Source: a virus
IMG/VR virus record: IMGVR_UViG_3300032308_002246
Span: 1 to 64,000 of that record
Direction: 5' to 3' (one strand)
Length of the DNA: 64,000 bases
Translations under genes and position numbers: made by a program
Shown: in pieces, positions 17,294 through 27,460 of the stretch
Numbering within the stretch: position 1 is the stretch's first letter
Layout of the letters: each line of letters begins with the position of its first letter
The notes under the pieces: generated by a model
Told to the model about the DNA's origin: nothing
Seen by the model: the letters and a program-made list of their open reading frames with translations, nothing else
The model's database searches: none

Positions 17294-17520
17294 CGCCTGC
17301 GACGCAACATGATTTTGCGTTCGTCTTCAGTCTTTCCCCCGTAGATGCCAAACTCAATTGAATTATCAAGAGCATACTTGAGGCACTCTCCACGGACAAG
17401 GCAAATTCCACAATACCCAAGAGCCTCTAAGCGCTGTTTGCGATTGCGCGGGAAGAATGTGAGCGTATTTGCACTAATGCACGCACGTGCCGAACGCCAG
17501 CTGTCGCCTGAGTAAATCAT
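17290..17520 (-). CDS. whiB: WhiB-family Fe-S transcription factor
   Basis: W...ARC...FFP...CGICLVRGECLKYAL....FGIYGGKTEDER. Confidence 0.93.
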   Translation of the reverse strand: MIYSGDSWRSARACISANTLTFFPRNRKQRLEALGYCGICLVRGECLKYALDNSIEFGIYGGKTEDERKIMLRRRR

Positions 17521-17626
17521 AAAGCTCCTTTAATATTGGGTGTTGAGTCAATATACACACCCCACTGGCCTGTTGCAACCCGTAAGGCATATTCATGGGT
17601 GGGGAAATAAGGAATACAATAGATAT

Positions 17627-17965
17627 ATGAGAGAAATTACACAGCAGGAGTTTGACTCCGTCCTTTTGGAGAGCCCGACACCAATGGTTCTTGATATCTG
17701 GGCTACATGGTGTGGACCGTGCCAATACATGGCTCCATTGCTTGATGAACTGAGCACCGCCTATGAAGGAGTAATAAGGTTCGTTAAATCTGATGTTGAT
17801 AAGAACCCAGACCTAGCAAAGCGCTTCAATGTTATGAGTATCCCAACACTCTTGATATTCGCTGACGGAGAGGTTGTCTCAACAATCGTAGGAGCTGCCG
17901 GACCAGACTTTATTGTTACCGAACTGGAGAAAGTCTTATCAGCTGAGTCATACGAAGATGAGTGA
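17627..17965 (+). CDS. trxA: thioredoxin (leaderless start)
   Basis: WATWCGPC; TACAAT-N6-ATG. Confidence 0.95.
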   Translation: MREITQQEFDSVLLESPTPMVLDIWATWCGPCQYMAPLLDELSTAYEGVIRFVKSDVDKNPDLAKRFNVMSIPTLLIFADGEVVSTIVGAAGPDFIVTELEKVLSAESYEDE

Positions 17966-18368
17966 CGCAATATCTCTTTACCCAGTCGTAATTAGAGAAT
18001 CACGCTATTCCGGTGTTTACGAAGGTGGCAAATGGTTTGCCATTGCAGAGTACACAGGCGAATCAGAAGCTCTTGAAAATTACATCCATGGAGATGATTG
18101 TGATGCTGTGGACTTCTGGGGTTCAGATGAAGCAAAAATGATTGGTATTGGCGATTCTCCAAACAGCGCACTGGCCGACCTTTATTTGAGACACGGAATC
18201 ATCGAGGATGAAAAGGTTCTCCTAGAAGAAGCAAACAGCGCATTTGATTTTTTGCCCAGAAACGACGAAACCCATCAAGAGTTCAGCTTCAGATGGAGGG
18301 AGTCTCTAAGCAACGACCTAGAAAATGGAGTCTACAAATTGAAGGGTGGAGGCTTCTCTGATGACTGA
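17958..18368 (+). CDS. hypothetical protein
   Basis: YPVVIRESRYSGVYEGGKWFA motif; coupled to trxA. Confidence 0.7.
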   Translation: MSDAISLYPVVIRESRYSGVYEGGKWFAIAEYTGESEALENYIHGDDCDAVDFWGSDEAKMIGIGDSPNSALADLYLRHGIIEDEKVLLEEANSAFDFLPRNDETHQEFSFRWRESLSNDLENGVYKLKGGGFSDD

Positions 18369-18664
18369 AGCATGTCATAAAAACCCTCAACAACGCCAGA
18401 GATGCTTTTCTCTGCTTCGACCCGATTCTCTTCTTCTTCAATTTGTTCAATCTCTCCGAGTATTGAGTTAGCTTGCTGAAAAGCAATAATTAATTGAGAC
18501 ATTTCATTTTCGCTTAGCTTGCGACCATTTAGTGCAGTTTGAAGCACATCGTCTTCGTCTTTTGATACTGCCAATCGGTTTCCAGAATTAATCATTGCAA
18601 GTAGCGCTTCAGTAACAAGCTCTGCTTGAAGCTTTGACAGGTTGAATTCAAATGAAAATATCAT
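18332..18664 (-). CDS. hypothetical protein
   Basis: 110-aa ORF, coupled. Confidence 0.65.
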   Translation of the reverse strand: MIFSFEFNLSKLQAELVTEALLAMINSGNRLAVSKDEDDVLQTALNGRKLSENEMSQLIIAFQQANSILGEIEQIEEEENRVEAEKSISGVVEGFYDMLQSSEKPPPFNL

Positions 18665-18888
18665 TGTTTCCTCAGTGCTTTAAACCCGTCACACGAAGGT
18701 CCTAACGGGAATTCTGTTTCTTTTGTTTCATTCTCTGAAACTTGATTAATAAGGCTTAATGTTTGGTCCAACAAGATTGATGTTTCTGAGTCAAAAGTAA
18801 AACCGTAGTCTCGGATAACAGCAACACGCCGTAAAACATGTGCTGATTGCGCAAGAACTGACTGAATAAATGCTTCGTTATTTGACAT
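18661..18888 (-). CDS. hypothetical protein
   Basis: 75-aa ORF, coupled. Confidence 0.6.
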   Translation of the reverse strand: MSNNEAFIQSVLAQSAHVLRRVAVIRDYGFTFDSETSILLDQTLSLINQVSENETKETEFPLGPSCDGFKALRKQ

Positions 18889-19537
18889 CTACCCGAGTGC
18901 TTTCTGTAATCTCTACTGCGATGATAAAAGCTTGGATTTGTGAAGTAATCAGTTGCTCTGAGTAAGACTCGGCGTCATCATCAAACATAGAACCAACAAA
19001 CAAACTTTTTTCAAAATCAAAAACTGGAGTTCCAGAATCCGAGTACTTGTATGCAGTGAAGTTTGTTGCAAAGTTCCCGTAGCTATCAAAAATGATTGCT
19101 GACAAGCCTTCCGTGAGAGTGTCTTCCAACGGGTTCTCCATGTAGATTTCTTGCAAGTTTTTACCTGGGTAACGATTTTTGATTTCGTGCATCTGCCTAG
19201 CAGTCTCTTCTTCACTTAGGCCGCCAACATGAGCTACAACATCAGAGATGATTCCTCCCCAAATTGGGGCAACGGAAACATCTTTGTACACATTGATAAG
19301 CCAATTAAAAATGTGTTCTCCGGGTTGACCGTCTTCTGGATTGATTTCAACAACGCCGACCTCTTCTTCAAGAGGGTTTTCCTTGCCTGGAACTGCATAG
19401 AAAAGCACTGCTGGGGTGTCTACTGGGCCCTTACTAATCTTGCTACCCATAAGCTTTGTCGCCATCATCATCTTGACAGCTTGGTCGGAGAAATTAGTGA
19501 GGAATTCTTGTGTTTTAGGGGGGTAAGTTGTGGTCAT
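18878..19537 (-). CDS. hypothetical protein (leaderless start MTTTY)
   Basis: TACTCT-N6-ATG. Confidence 0.7.
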   Translation of the reverse strand: MTTTYPPKTQEFLTNFSDQAVKMMMATKLMGSKISKGPVDTPAVLFYAVPGKENPLEEEVGVVEINPEDGQPGEHIFNWLINVYKDVSVAPIWGGIISDVVAHVGGLSEEETARQMHEIKNRYPGKNLQEIYMENPLEDTLTEGLSAIIFDSYGNFATNFTAYKYSDSGTPVFDFEKSLFVGSMFDDDAESYSEQLITSQIQAFIIAVEITESTRVDVK

Positions 19538-19618
19538 GGCAAAAGAGTACAGCCGCTTTTCTGTAATTGCAAGTATTTTTACTAAAGTGTGGCTGTGGGA
19601 TAATTGGTTGGAGGAAAA

Positions 19619-20638
19619 ATGGCTCACGGATTAGATAAAACCAAAAACGGTCGGATTCGCATGGCCTATAACGACCGGCAGGTGCCCTGGCATCGGCTTG
19701 GAACGCCTATGAGGGGCCTCCAGACCATGGAGGCGATGCTCGAGGCAGCCAGCGCTAACTATGACGTTGTTCTCACCAAAGTGGCGGCTGTAGACGACTC
19801 AGGAGAGCTGATTAGGAACTCAGATGGCTCACCCATAGTCATCAATGACAGTAGGGCGACTCTTAAACAGGATTTTGACGGCTCATTTCACCCGTTGGCG
19901 ACTGTTGGAACAAGATATGAGGTAAGACAGAACAGCGAAGTCCTTGAAAGAGCCCTAGCTGTAGTTGGTGCTTCAAAAGGCGACGCAGTAGTTGATACTT
20001 GCGGAGTCCTCAAAGGCGGTTCAAGGTTTTTTGCAACCATAGACCTTGGCCCGCTAGTAATAGATGCAGCTGGAGTCAATGACAAGCTTGATAGATATTT
20101 GGTTATATCGGCAGGTCATGACGGAGTGTGGCCAATAAGATATTCAAATACAGAAATACGTGCTGTATGCAATAACACTGTTGTACTGGGTGAAAAAACT
20201 GCAAGAAGAGTCTTCACTGCTCGCCACACCAGAAACATGGATTCAATAATTGATGATGCTCAAGAGGTTTTGGAAATCTCAACTAAATGGGGAGACGAAT
20301 TCACCCGTAGCGCAGAGCAACTTCTTTCTATAAAGACACCCGTATCAGCCGTACCTGATGCAGTCTTAAAAATAATTGCACCTCATACAAAGTCTGAAAC
20401 AAAAAGACAAAGAGAGCATAGAACCTCGATAGAGGATGCAATAAATTCTATTTACAAGAACGAAAGAAATGCTGCGGGGTATGGATACAACGCATGGTCT
20501 GTATATAATGCTGTTTGTGAATACCTAGACCACTACAGATTTACAAGCCCAGAAGAACTTGCAATCGCTAGCATGGATGAAAACTCTTCTGCAACAAAAA
20601 AGAAATTGGCAGTGCAAAGAGCATTGCTTGGGACATAG
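19619..20638 (+). CDS. DUF932 family protein
   Basis: MAH...PWHRLG...VGTRYEVRQN...GHDG...IRAVCNNT...RHT...WSVYNAVCEYLDH. Confidence 0.9.
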   Translation: MAHGLDKTKNGRIRMAYNDRQVPWHRLGTPMRGLQTMEAMLEAASANYDVVLTKVAAVDDSGELIRNSDGSPIVINDSRATLKQDFDGSFHPLATVGTRYEVRQNSEVLERALAVVGASKGDAVVDTCGVLKGGSRFFATIDLGPLVIDAAGVNDKLDRYLVISAGHDGVWPIRYSNTEIRAVCNNTVVLGEKTARRVFTARHTRNMDSIIDDAQEVLEISTKWGDEFTRSAEQLLSIKTPVSAVPDAVLKIIAPHTKSETKRQREHRTSIEDAINSIYKNERNAAGYGYNAWSVYNAVCEYLDHYRFTSPEELAIASMDENSSATKKKLAVQRALLGT

Positions 20639-20640
20639 AA

Positions 20641-21207
20641 ATGGAAGATTGGGAGCCAATGGACGAAGAATTTGAAGACTACGCAGACATTGACCCAATC
20701 GCAGCAGAGTCCGACTATCTTGACGCAATACAAGAAATGATTGAAGACGCTTCATTTGAAAACATAGAAGACAACCCGTTTATGTCTGAAGCAACAGATT
20801 ATTCAAACATGCTGGATGTTTACTGCCAGATGATTTCCGAGCGTAAGTTCAACCGGATGGTCCAAGAACTCAAGGATTCAGAAGGAGACCGTGGAGTAAT
20901 CCAGCTTTTATTTGCAATTGAAAAAGCAACCGGTTGGCACATGGAAATAATGGGCTCACGTGCGAATGTCGATGATGAGATGATTAGTAAGTACAACAAG
21001 TTTGACCCGTACGCTTGGGAAAAGGTAAAGAACAGCGATGAGTGGCAAGATGCAATTTATAAAGTTGCATATATATCCGGTAGAGCTATGGACTTGGCTG
21101 TGCAGCAGATAGCTCAACCCGTAGGCCGAGACGATAAGACCAAAGAATCAATTAGGAAATTCTTGTGGTCAGCATGGAAAGCACTTGACTTGAGGTTTAG
21201 TAAGTAA
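20641..21207 (+). CDS. acidic hypothetical protein
   Basis: 188-aa ORF. Confidence 0.75.
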   Translation: MEDWEPMDEEFEDYADIDPIAAESDYLDAIQEMIEDASFENIEDNPFMSEATDYSNMLDVYCQMISERKFNRMVQELKDSEGDRGVIQLLFAIEKATGWHMEIMGSRANVDDEMISKYNKFDPYAWEKVKNSDEWQDAIYKVAYISGRAMDLAVQQIAQPVGRDDKTKESIRKFLWSAWKALDLRFSK

Positions 21208-21221
21208 TACTCTTTTCGTCC

Positions 21222-21575
21222 ATGACAATGGAAGAAAAACAGAATCAGCAGTTCAATGGCAGACACGAGACGCTGAATCTTGAAGGTCCTCCAGATTTCC
21301 CAAAAGGTGGAGCTTGTGTCTCTTATCCGACTGATTGGTTTTTCCCTGAACCACCACTAGGCAGAGATGAGCTTGAAAAGATAAACAACGCAAAGAGCAT
21401 TTGCTCCAAGTGCTCCATACAGATGGAATGTCTCACTTACGCAATGGAATGGGAGCCATTTGGAATATGGGGAGGAATGACGGAGAGCCAGCGTAAATTC
21501 CTCCGCCAGAAGATGAATTTTAAAACCCGACGATATGATGAAACAATCCGACTACAACAGTTAATGAGTACATGA
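21222..21575 (+). CDS. whiB: WhiB-family transcription factor
   Basis: AC...TDWFFP...AKSICSKC....ECLTYA....FGIWGGMTESQR. Confidence 0.93.
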   Translation: MTMEEKQNQQFNGRHETLNLEGPPDFPKGGACVSYPTDWFFPEPPLGRDELEKINNAKSICSKCSIQMECLTYAMEWEPFGIWGGMTESQRKFLRQKMNFKTRRYDETIRLQQLMST

Positions 21576-23323
21576 TGACTTACACCGCCTCACTTACAGT
21601 TTCAAACTTCTTAAGCAAGCTACAAGGCGTCCGAGGTGGTGATGGACAGTGGCAAGCTAGGTGCCCGTGTCGGAATGACGACAACAATCCGTCGCTTTCT
21701 ATCAAAGACGACAATGGAAAGGTCGTTGTTTACTGCCATCGAGGCAAACCGTGTAGCGCATCAGAGATATGTGATGCTGTTGGCCTAACACAGAAAGACC
21801 TATTCCCCCCGTCTTCAACATTTGATAAGAACAGCAAACCAAAACAGAGGCTTGTAAAGACTTACAAATACATTGATGCAAACGGCGAGCTTGCGTACGA
21901 AAAACAGCGTTTCTTGCGTGAAGACGGAACTAAGTCTTTTCTTCAGCGCCGCCCAAACCCAGAGAAAAGTGGAGATTGGCTTTATTCTCTTTCTGGGATA
22001 AGCAAGATTCTCTACAATCTGCCCGCAGTCATTGAGGGAGTTAAAAACAACGAACCAATTTGGGTTGTTGAGGGAGAAAAAGATGCCGATGCCCTGATTG
22101 AGCTGGGAATCATTGCTACTACTGGCCCAGGTGGTGCTGGTAGGAACAAATGGGAGGACGGTTTTACAAAAACCTTGGCCGGAGCCCATGTTGAAATTGT
22201 TTCTGACAACGATGATGTTGGCAAATCATTTGCCATGGATGTTCGCGCAAAGCTAAATGAGGCTGGGTGTACAGGTGGTGTATGGCTTCCTGCTTCAGGC
22301 AAGGACACCTATGACCACTTTGCCGCTGGAAAGACTTTTGATGACTTCACACCTCTAACCGAGTATGTTGAAACACCCGTAGAGGAACAAAAAGAAGAGC
22401 CATCTCAGATGGACTCAATTCTTGTGAAGATTAATGACATCTTTGATTCAGAAAATCTCAGTGACTCACAGAAACTTAACCGGGCAAGCATTGCACTTAC
22501 ATCAATGACCATTAGTGAACGCACTGACACTGGTCGCTTGGTTAACTGGGAAAGTTTCATCTCTGAATCAGATAATGACAGTTTTGATTGGATTATTCCT
22601 GGACTCTTAGAGCGTAAAGAACGAGTAATCGTTGTTGCAGCTGAAGGCGTTGGTAAGACAATGCTTGCACGACAGGTTGCAATCCTCTCTGCTGCCGGTG
22701 TTAACCCGTTTACATATCAATCAATGCCCCCAATTAGGACATTGACCATTGACCTTGAGAACCCAGAGCGAATCATTCGGCGCACATCTCGTAGCATCAT
22801 GAATGCTGCAATCGCCCGTACGCAACTGATGAATGGCAAGCGTATTGAGCAGGTTGAAGCCCACCTGCTTATCAAGCCAGCTGGAATTGACTTGCTGAGT
22901 GTTTCGGACAGGCTTCTCGTTGAAGAGACTGTAGAGAAGATTAGGCCAGACCTACTTGTTATGGGCCCTTTGTATAAGTCGTTTATTGACTCAGGGAATA
23001 GGACAAGCGAAGCTGTTGCAGTTGAAGTGGCCCGCTTCCTTGACTACATTCGTGACCAGTTTGGGTGTGGCTTATGGCTTGAGCATCACGCACCCCTTGG
23101 CTCAAGTCTCACCACCCGTGAGCTTAGACCATTCGGTTCTGCTGTATGGTCTCGTTGGCCAGAGTTCGGTATCTCATTACAACCAGACCCAACATCAATG
23201 GAAGGCTATGTCTATGATGTGAGGCATTTTAGGGGTGGCCGCGATGAACGCCCGTGGCCGACTAAAATGAAACGTGGAAAGATTTTCCCATTTGAAGTCC
23301 TTGAGTATATGAAAGTTGGCTAA
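21572..23323 (+). CDS. primase-helicase (Zn-binding + TOPRIM + RecA-like AAA)
   Basis: CPC..DD.NPSLSI...YCH; VEGEKDAD; DNDDVG; Walker A AAEGVGKT. Confidence 0.92.
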   Translation: MMTYTASLTVSNFLSKLQGVRGGDGQWQARCPCRNDDNNPSLSIKDDNGKVVVYCHRGKPCSASEICDAVGLTQKDLFPPSSTFDKNSKPKQRLVKTYKYIDANGELAYEKQRFLREDGTKSFLQRRPNPEKSGDWLYSLSGISKILYNLPAVIEGVKNNEPIWVVEGEKDADALIELGIIATTGPGGAGRNKWEDGFTKTLAGAHVEIVSDNDDVGKSFAMDVRAKLNEAGCTGGVWLPASGKDTYDHFAAGKTFDDFTPLTEYVETPVEEQKEEPSQMDSILVKINDIFDSENLSDSQKLNRASIALTSMTISERTDTGRLVNWESFISESDNDSFDWIIPGLLERKERVIVVAAEGVGKTMLARQVAILSAAGVNPFTYQSMPPIRTLTIDLENPERIIRRTSRSIMNAAIARTQLMNGKRIEQVEAHLLIKPAGIDLLSVSDRLLVEETVEKIRPDLLVMGPLYKSFIDSGNRTSEAVAVEVARFLDYIRDQFGCGLWLEHHAPLGSSLTTRELRPFGSAVWSRWPEFGISLQPDPTSMEGYVYDVRHFRGGRDERPWPTKMKRGKIFPFEVLEYMKVG

Positions 23324-23947
23324 GTGTCCAAAGGTGAAGGCGGTTTGACGAGAGAGTTTCTTGCAGAAAGAGACTTGCGTATATTCAAACTAAGACAAGC
23401 AGGTGTAACGCACGGCGAAATAGCCCGTAGGTTTGGCATGTCAAGTAGAGCTGTTGGAACCGCTATTAGAAGACAGCTTGAGAAGCTTAACTCGGAAGCA
23501 CTAGTTGCTTATCCAGAGCTTCTAAGGATGGAGCTTGAAAGACTTGACTCTCTCCAGTCGGCTATATGGCCGATGACTCAGCATCGCAAAATAGAGATGG
23601 ATGATGGAACAGAAGTAACAGCTGAACCGGACCTAAAAGCAATTCAACAGGTTCTTTCAATAATGGACCGACGTCAAAAGCTTCTTGGCATGGAACAAAC
23701 AAACTTGAACATCCAAATGGATGTCAATTCTCAGGTTAATGTTAGGTCTACGCTTTCTGGCGTAATAGATGTGAGTACTGTAAGCCAGTTCTCTCCTGAG
23801 TCAGAAGCCCGTAAGCTTTTGGAGATTATGGGACGAAGTGGCGTACTGCCTCCAGATGTAATTAATTCGATACTTGATGAACCAGCAATAGAAGACGGGG
23901 AAGTGATTGATGTTGAGGAAACCATATCCGATACCCAACAGATATAA
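23324..23947 (+). CDS. HTH protein, terminase-small-subunit-like
   Basis: LRQAGVTHGEIARRFG...ELERLDSLQ..IW...AI..VL.IMDRRQKLLG. Confidence 0.6.
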   Translation: MSKGEGGLTREFLAERDLRIFKLRQAGVTHGEIARRFGMSSRAVGTAIRRQLEKLNSEALVAYPELLRMELERLDSLQSAIWPMTQHRKIEMDDGTEVTAEPDLKAIQQVLSIMDRRQKLLGMEQTNLNIQMDVNSQVNVRSTLSGVIDVSTVSQFSPESEARKLLEIMGRSGVLPPDVINSILDEPAIEDGEVIDVEETISDTQQI

Positions 23948-24077
23948 GCCTGTAAAGCCCGTACAAACAGACCAGCCGGTCGTTAAAGGCTTGCTAAACA
24001 TCGGAAATAAGTTCAGGGGTATAAACAAGAATAAAGAACTGCCAGAACTTGATGTTCATGATGTAGTTTTGTTGTCT

Positions 24078-24422
24078 ATGAATAACAATGAACCATTGAA
24101 AGATAACACTGAAGAGGTTCAAGACAACATTCAAGCTGCTGTTGATGGAGTCATGAAGGTTGAGGACCTTACCCGTAAGGCTAATACCGGCTCAAAGCCC
24201 GGGTTGCCAGCAAACAAGCAAGTTCTTATTAGAGCTACAGATGAAGACCACGAAAGATGGAAGACTGCGGCCGCAGAACTAGGTGTTTCTTTGGCTGAGT
24301 TTGTTAGAGACTCATGCAATAAGGCTGCAGGGTCTTTAGAGTGCCAGCACCTTCCGGAACATAGGAAAGTTTACCCGTGGATGCAAAAGTGCTTAAATTG
24401 CGGCAAGAGATTTAACAGTTAA
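24078..24422 (+). CDS. RHH-like protein with C-terminal Zn finger
   Basis: QVLIRATDEDHERWKTAAAELGVSLAEFVRD; CQH...CLNCG. Confidence 0.65.
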   Translation: MNNNEPLKDNTEEVQDNIQAAVDGVMKVEDLTRKANTGSKPGLPANKQVLIRATDEDHERWKTAAAELGVSLAEFVRDSCNKAAGSLECQHLPEHRKVYPWMQKCLNCGKRFNS

Positions 24423-25213
24423 TAGAATTTAGTTGTAATCACACTGCCTTCGATATCTGATGAAGGCGTATTGCTGGTTCTGATGAGAACTCGTTTAAGC
24501 CATCTGTCAGTGCCGTCGTACCTAGCAACAAAAGGCTTGCGTCCATGTACTGCCATATTGTTATTGATGAGCATCAAGTCACCCGTATCAAGTATGTAGT
24601 CAACCACTGACTCTCGAATAGCTTTTTTTAGGTGAACCAAAGCATGCGTAGCTTCGTCTGTTGTGCCTGTTACGAGTGTTTCGTCGTACACGAGATGCCA
24701 CTGACTATCTGTATTGCTTAAAACCGTAATTGGTATTGAGGCATCCTGTTGTCCTTCAAGCATGAAACTTGGGTCCAACGATGTCAAGAAGTTCGGCTTG
24801 CACAGCTCATTGATTACATACCCATCAAGCTTTGAGACTACATCTGCAGCCTCAGAGATGGTCGTAATGCCCGTGGGGTCTCCACGAACACAAAGCAAAG
24901 CAACGATGTCCGGCTTGTATGGATGAAAAGCTGTTTCCGTATGCAAACCAAGCTCAACTTTGGAACTACTTGATATTTGCATTTCCTCAGTTTGTTTTAT
25001 TGGGAATATGTTCTGAACAAGCATTCCTTTTTGCTCTTGTGCATACCCAATTGGTTTACCTAGAGACTGCGCAAAGTCCAGAAGTTTCTCGTCGCAATCA
25101 GTGAAAAGCTCTGCGCTATCGTCGTGTGATATCGGAGTAGGCGGGATTGAACCCGTAATGAAGTTTTTGTATATCGAAACAGCTTTATTCATTTTCCTTA
25201 ACCGCCGAAACAC
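24419..25213 (-). CDS. TauD/clavaminate-synthase-like Fe(II)/2OG oxygenase
   Basis: LHTETAFHPYKPD..ALLCVR; GDLMLINN..AVHGR.PF.ARYDGTDRWLKR. Confidence 0.9.
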   Translation of the reverse strand: MFRRLRKMNKAVSIYKNFITGSIPPTPISHDDSAELFTDCDEKLLDFAQSLGKPIGYAQEQKGMLVQNIFPIKQTEEMQISSSSKVELGLHTETAFHPYKPDIVALLCVRGDPTGITTISEAADVVSKLDGYVINELCKPNFLTSLDPSFMLEGQQDASIPITVLSNTDSQWHLVYDETLVTGTTDEATHALVHLKKAIRESVVDYILDTGDLMLINNNMAVHGRKPFVARYDGTDRWLKRVLIRTSNTPSSDIEGSVITTKFY

Positions 25214-25427
25214 TCATCATCCCACCTTTTTGCAACAGTAGAGATATTAGCTCTTCATCAGAATGCATGGATGTAAGGATGTCGTCACTTAGGCGGTTCA
25301 CTTTGATGGTGAATGTCTTCGTCTTGCTGCTCTCCGTCATAGTACCCAAGCTCCTCTTGTTGCATTTTGAAATCTTGGTACTGTGAATACCCGTAGTCTG
25401 CTTCTTCATTGCTTATGCTGCTCATTT

Positions 25428-25850
25428 CTAGCTCCCTGCATCTTCTACTTGTTCCCATTCAAGGCCATCTGGGCCTGCGCGGAATAGCTTCCTAACTCCG
25501 TCAACCATACGCCAGGTCCATCCCCACCTACAACAAGGTAATTCACTATCTGGGTCAATTGCAAAGTGAAGTGGTTTTCCAAACCTGCTCATAGCTCGAG
25601 GCAATACTGACCACAAGCGAGCAGTGCAGTCATGGCACAAGCAGATGTACCCGTTAACCCATGTGTTAGTTAACCAATACTGAGATGTGTCATTGAACTC
25701 GGCATAGTCGCCACTTGCGTCAAAGCACATGCCCCCGATGATTTGCTTATAACCTTCCTCTTTGTAGCGTTCTGGCATAAACAAAAGGATTGGTCGATGG
25801 CATTCGTCGCAGACATGATTGTCGTACTGGTCTGTATTGATTGCTGACAT
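25428..25850 (-). CDS. Cys-rich hypothetical protein
   Basis: CDEC...LCHDC. Confidence 0.65.
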   Translation of the reverse strand: MSAINTDQYDNHVCDECHRPILLFMPERYKEEGYKQIIGGMCFDASGDYAEFNDTSQYWLTNTWVNGYICLCHDCTARLWSVLPRAMSRFGKPLHFAIDPDSELPCCRWGWTWRMVDGVRKLFRAGPDGLEWEQVEDAGS

Positions 25851-25851
25851 A

Positions 25852-26316
25852 TCAGCCTCCGGGCAGTTCGTCGTACTTAGGGTTAATCATCATGTCATTG
25901 ATGTGATGCGGCTTCAATACGAAGCCCATGGCCGGATTGTCACTCTTTGGTGCAAATGGCGTGAATGTGTTCTCATTGAAGTCTTTGGAATTCATGTTAA
26001 TGAAATTGCGAAGACGTTTAACCGAGACGATGATGAACGACTCACCAAGGGTGAACTGGTAGACCCACCATTTAGCAGTTGTGATGTTGAGTCCACTTGC
26101 AACCCAAACTTGATTCTGGTCTTGGTCAAGCTGTCGTCGTGGGTTCTGATACAGCTCAACAGCCATGTTCCCATTCCTGAACCTGTCAGTCTTTACTTCA
26201 AAGTCACCTTGCTCAAGCGATTCAAGAAAGTCTTTGATTACAGACTCACCCATGTGCCCGTAGGCCAAATCGTTTGTGAAGTTGAACTTCTTCGAAGGGA
26301 TGTCAGCATTACTCAT
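25852..26316 (-). CDS. PD-(D/E)XK-like nuclease-fold protein
   Basis: DFEVKTD...GNMAVE...SGL..T.AKWW. Confidence 0.6.
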   Translation of the reverse strand: MSNADIPSKKFNFTNDLAYGHMGESVIKDFLESLEQGDFEVKTDRFRNGNMAVELYQNPRRQLDQDQNQVWVASGLNITTAKWWVYQFTLGESFIIVSVKRLRNFINMNSKDFNENTFTPFAPKSDNPAMGFVLKPHHINDMMINPKYDELPGG

Positions 26317-26564
26317 TGCTTAGCCTTACTCTTTGGTGGCTTCGCTGGGTCATGGAGTGATACTCCATAGATTTTGCGGAACTGATTGAGGATTGGCTTT
26401 ACTGCCTGAGGTGTGCCATGTGTGTAGTACACAGGGCCATGGATGCTTGGAGGGGGTGTGATTTTGTATCCAGTACTTCCCTTGTGCTCAATCACAAATC
26501 CAAGTGCTGAGAGCTGCCTGAACAGCTCTTTGACTACTTTATTGCCATGGTTCCTTGATGCCAT
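26313..26564 (-). CDS. HicA-like dsRBD-fold protein
   Basis: VKELFRQLSALGFVIEHKGSTGYKITPP...YYTHGTP. Confidence 0.55.
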   Translation of the reverse strand: MASRNHGNKVVKELFRQLSALGFVIEHKGSTGYKITPPPSIHGPVYYTHGTPQAVKPILNQFRKIYGVSLHDPAKPPKSKAKQ

Positions 26565-26712
26565 ATGATTCCTTTTCACGTAGCTTGATTTAATTGGGTT
26601 GTTGGAACTGTACAGGGAGGATTTTATTTTGTCAACATTATTTTGGGGTTGATTTATTGCCCGTGAGCATTTATATTGTTGGGACAGGAAATATCTGAAA
26701 GGGATAAAAACC

Positions 26713-26946
26713 ATGAGTGAATACGAGAATGTTGTCCAGGGGACAGCAAAGCGTGGCCGAAAGCCGTTGCCAGCAGAAGAGAAGCAACGCCGGGTCGAAC
26801 TGCAAAAAGAACAGAATCGTTTGCGACAAGAAGCACGCCGCCGAGCTGCTCTAGTCCTTCAGCACCGCTATTCAGAGGAATTCTCTGGACTGTGCTCGAT
26901 TGAACTTACTTCATTGAAGAATTCCAAGAACAAGATAAACAACTAA
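26713..26946 (+). CDS. basic coiled-coil protein with AT-hook-like motif
   Basis: KRGRKP; ARRRAALVLQHRYSEEF. Confidence 0.65.
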   Translation: MSEYENVVQGTAKRGRKPLPAEEKQRRVELQKEQNRLRQEARRRAALVLQHRYSEEFSGLCSIELTSLKNSKNKINN

Positions 26947-27003
26947 GGATTGAGTAGTCACCTGGCATTAGTGGGAACGATGTTACGGGTGGCTACTCAT
27001 GTA

Positions 27004-27080
27004 GCCCTCGTATCGGCCCACTCTTATAAGGTGTAGAAACCGTAGTTGGTGACACGTTGGTTCAAATCCAACCGAGGGCA
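27004..27080 (+). tRNA. D-armless tRNA-like gene with UAU (Ile) anticodon
   Basis: Acceptor GCCCTCG/CGAGGGC-A, T-arm GTTGG-TTCAAAT-CCAAC, anticodon arm CACT-CTTATAA-GGTG; no D-arm; about 20-nt variable region. Confidence 0.7.
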
Positions 27081-27082
27081 CT

Positions 27083-27460
27083 ATGAACAAAAACAAAAAC
27101 CCAAATAACTACATGAAGTACGGCGGCAAGCCATATGTGATTCTTTGCTATGCGAAGATGAAGGATGGTTGGTTCACCCGTGAGCAGTATTTCAATTTTC
27201 AATTAAACCGTCGTGAATGGATGAAGGACATTGACCGGACGATGGAAACATTGGAGAGGAATGACTTTATTGAAAGTCGCATTCTTGATGGTGTGTCTTT
27301 ATATAAAATCACTGAATGGGGCAAGTATGCATTAGTTGCTCTTGGTGAGACACAGCGTAGGAAACATGTTGACCTAAAAGCTTCACACATGAGGGCTAAT
27401 GAGTTAAAGTCGCGTGTCGGAGCTACAGGAAGTGAATGGGATTATGAATCGTTGGATTGA
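27083..27460 (+). CDS. winged-helix-like protein
   Basis: IDRTMETLERNDFIES...YKITEWGK. Confidence 0.6.
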   Translation: MNKNKNPNNYMKYGGKPYVILCYAKMKDGWFTREQYFNFQLNRREWMKDIDRTMETLERNDFIESRILDGVSLYKITEWGKYALVALGETQRRKHVDLKASHMRANELKSRVGATGSEWDYESLD

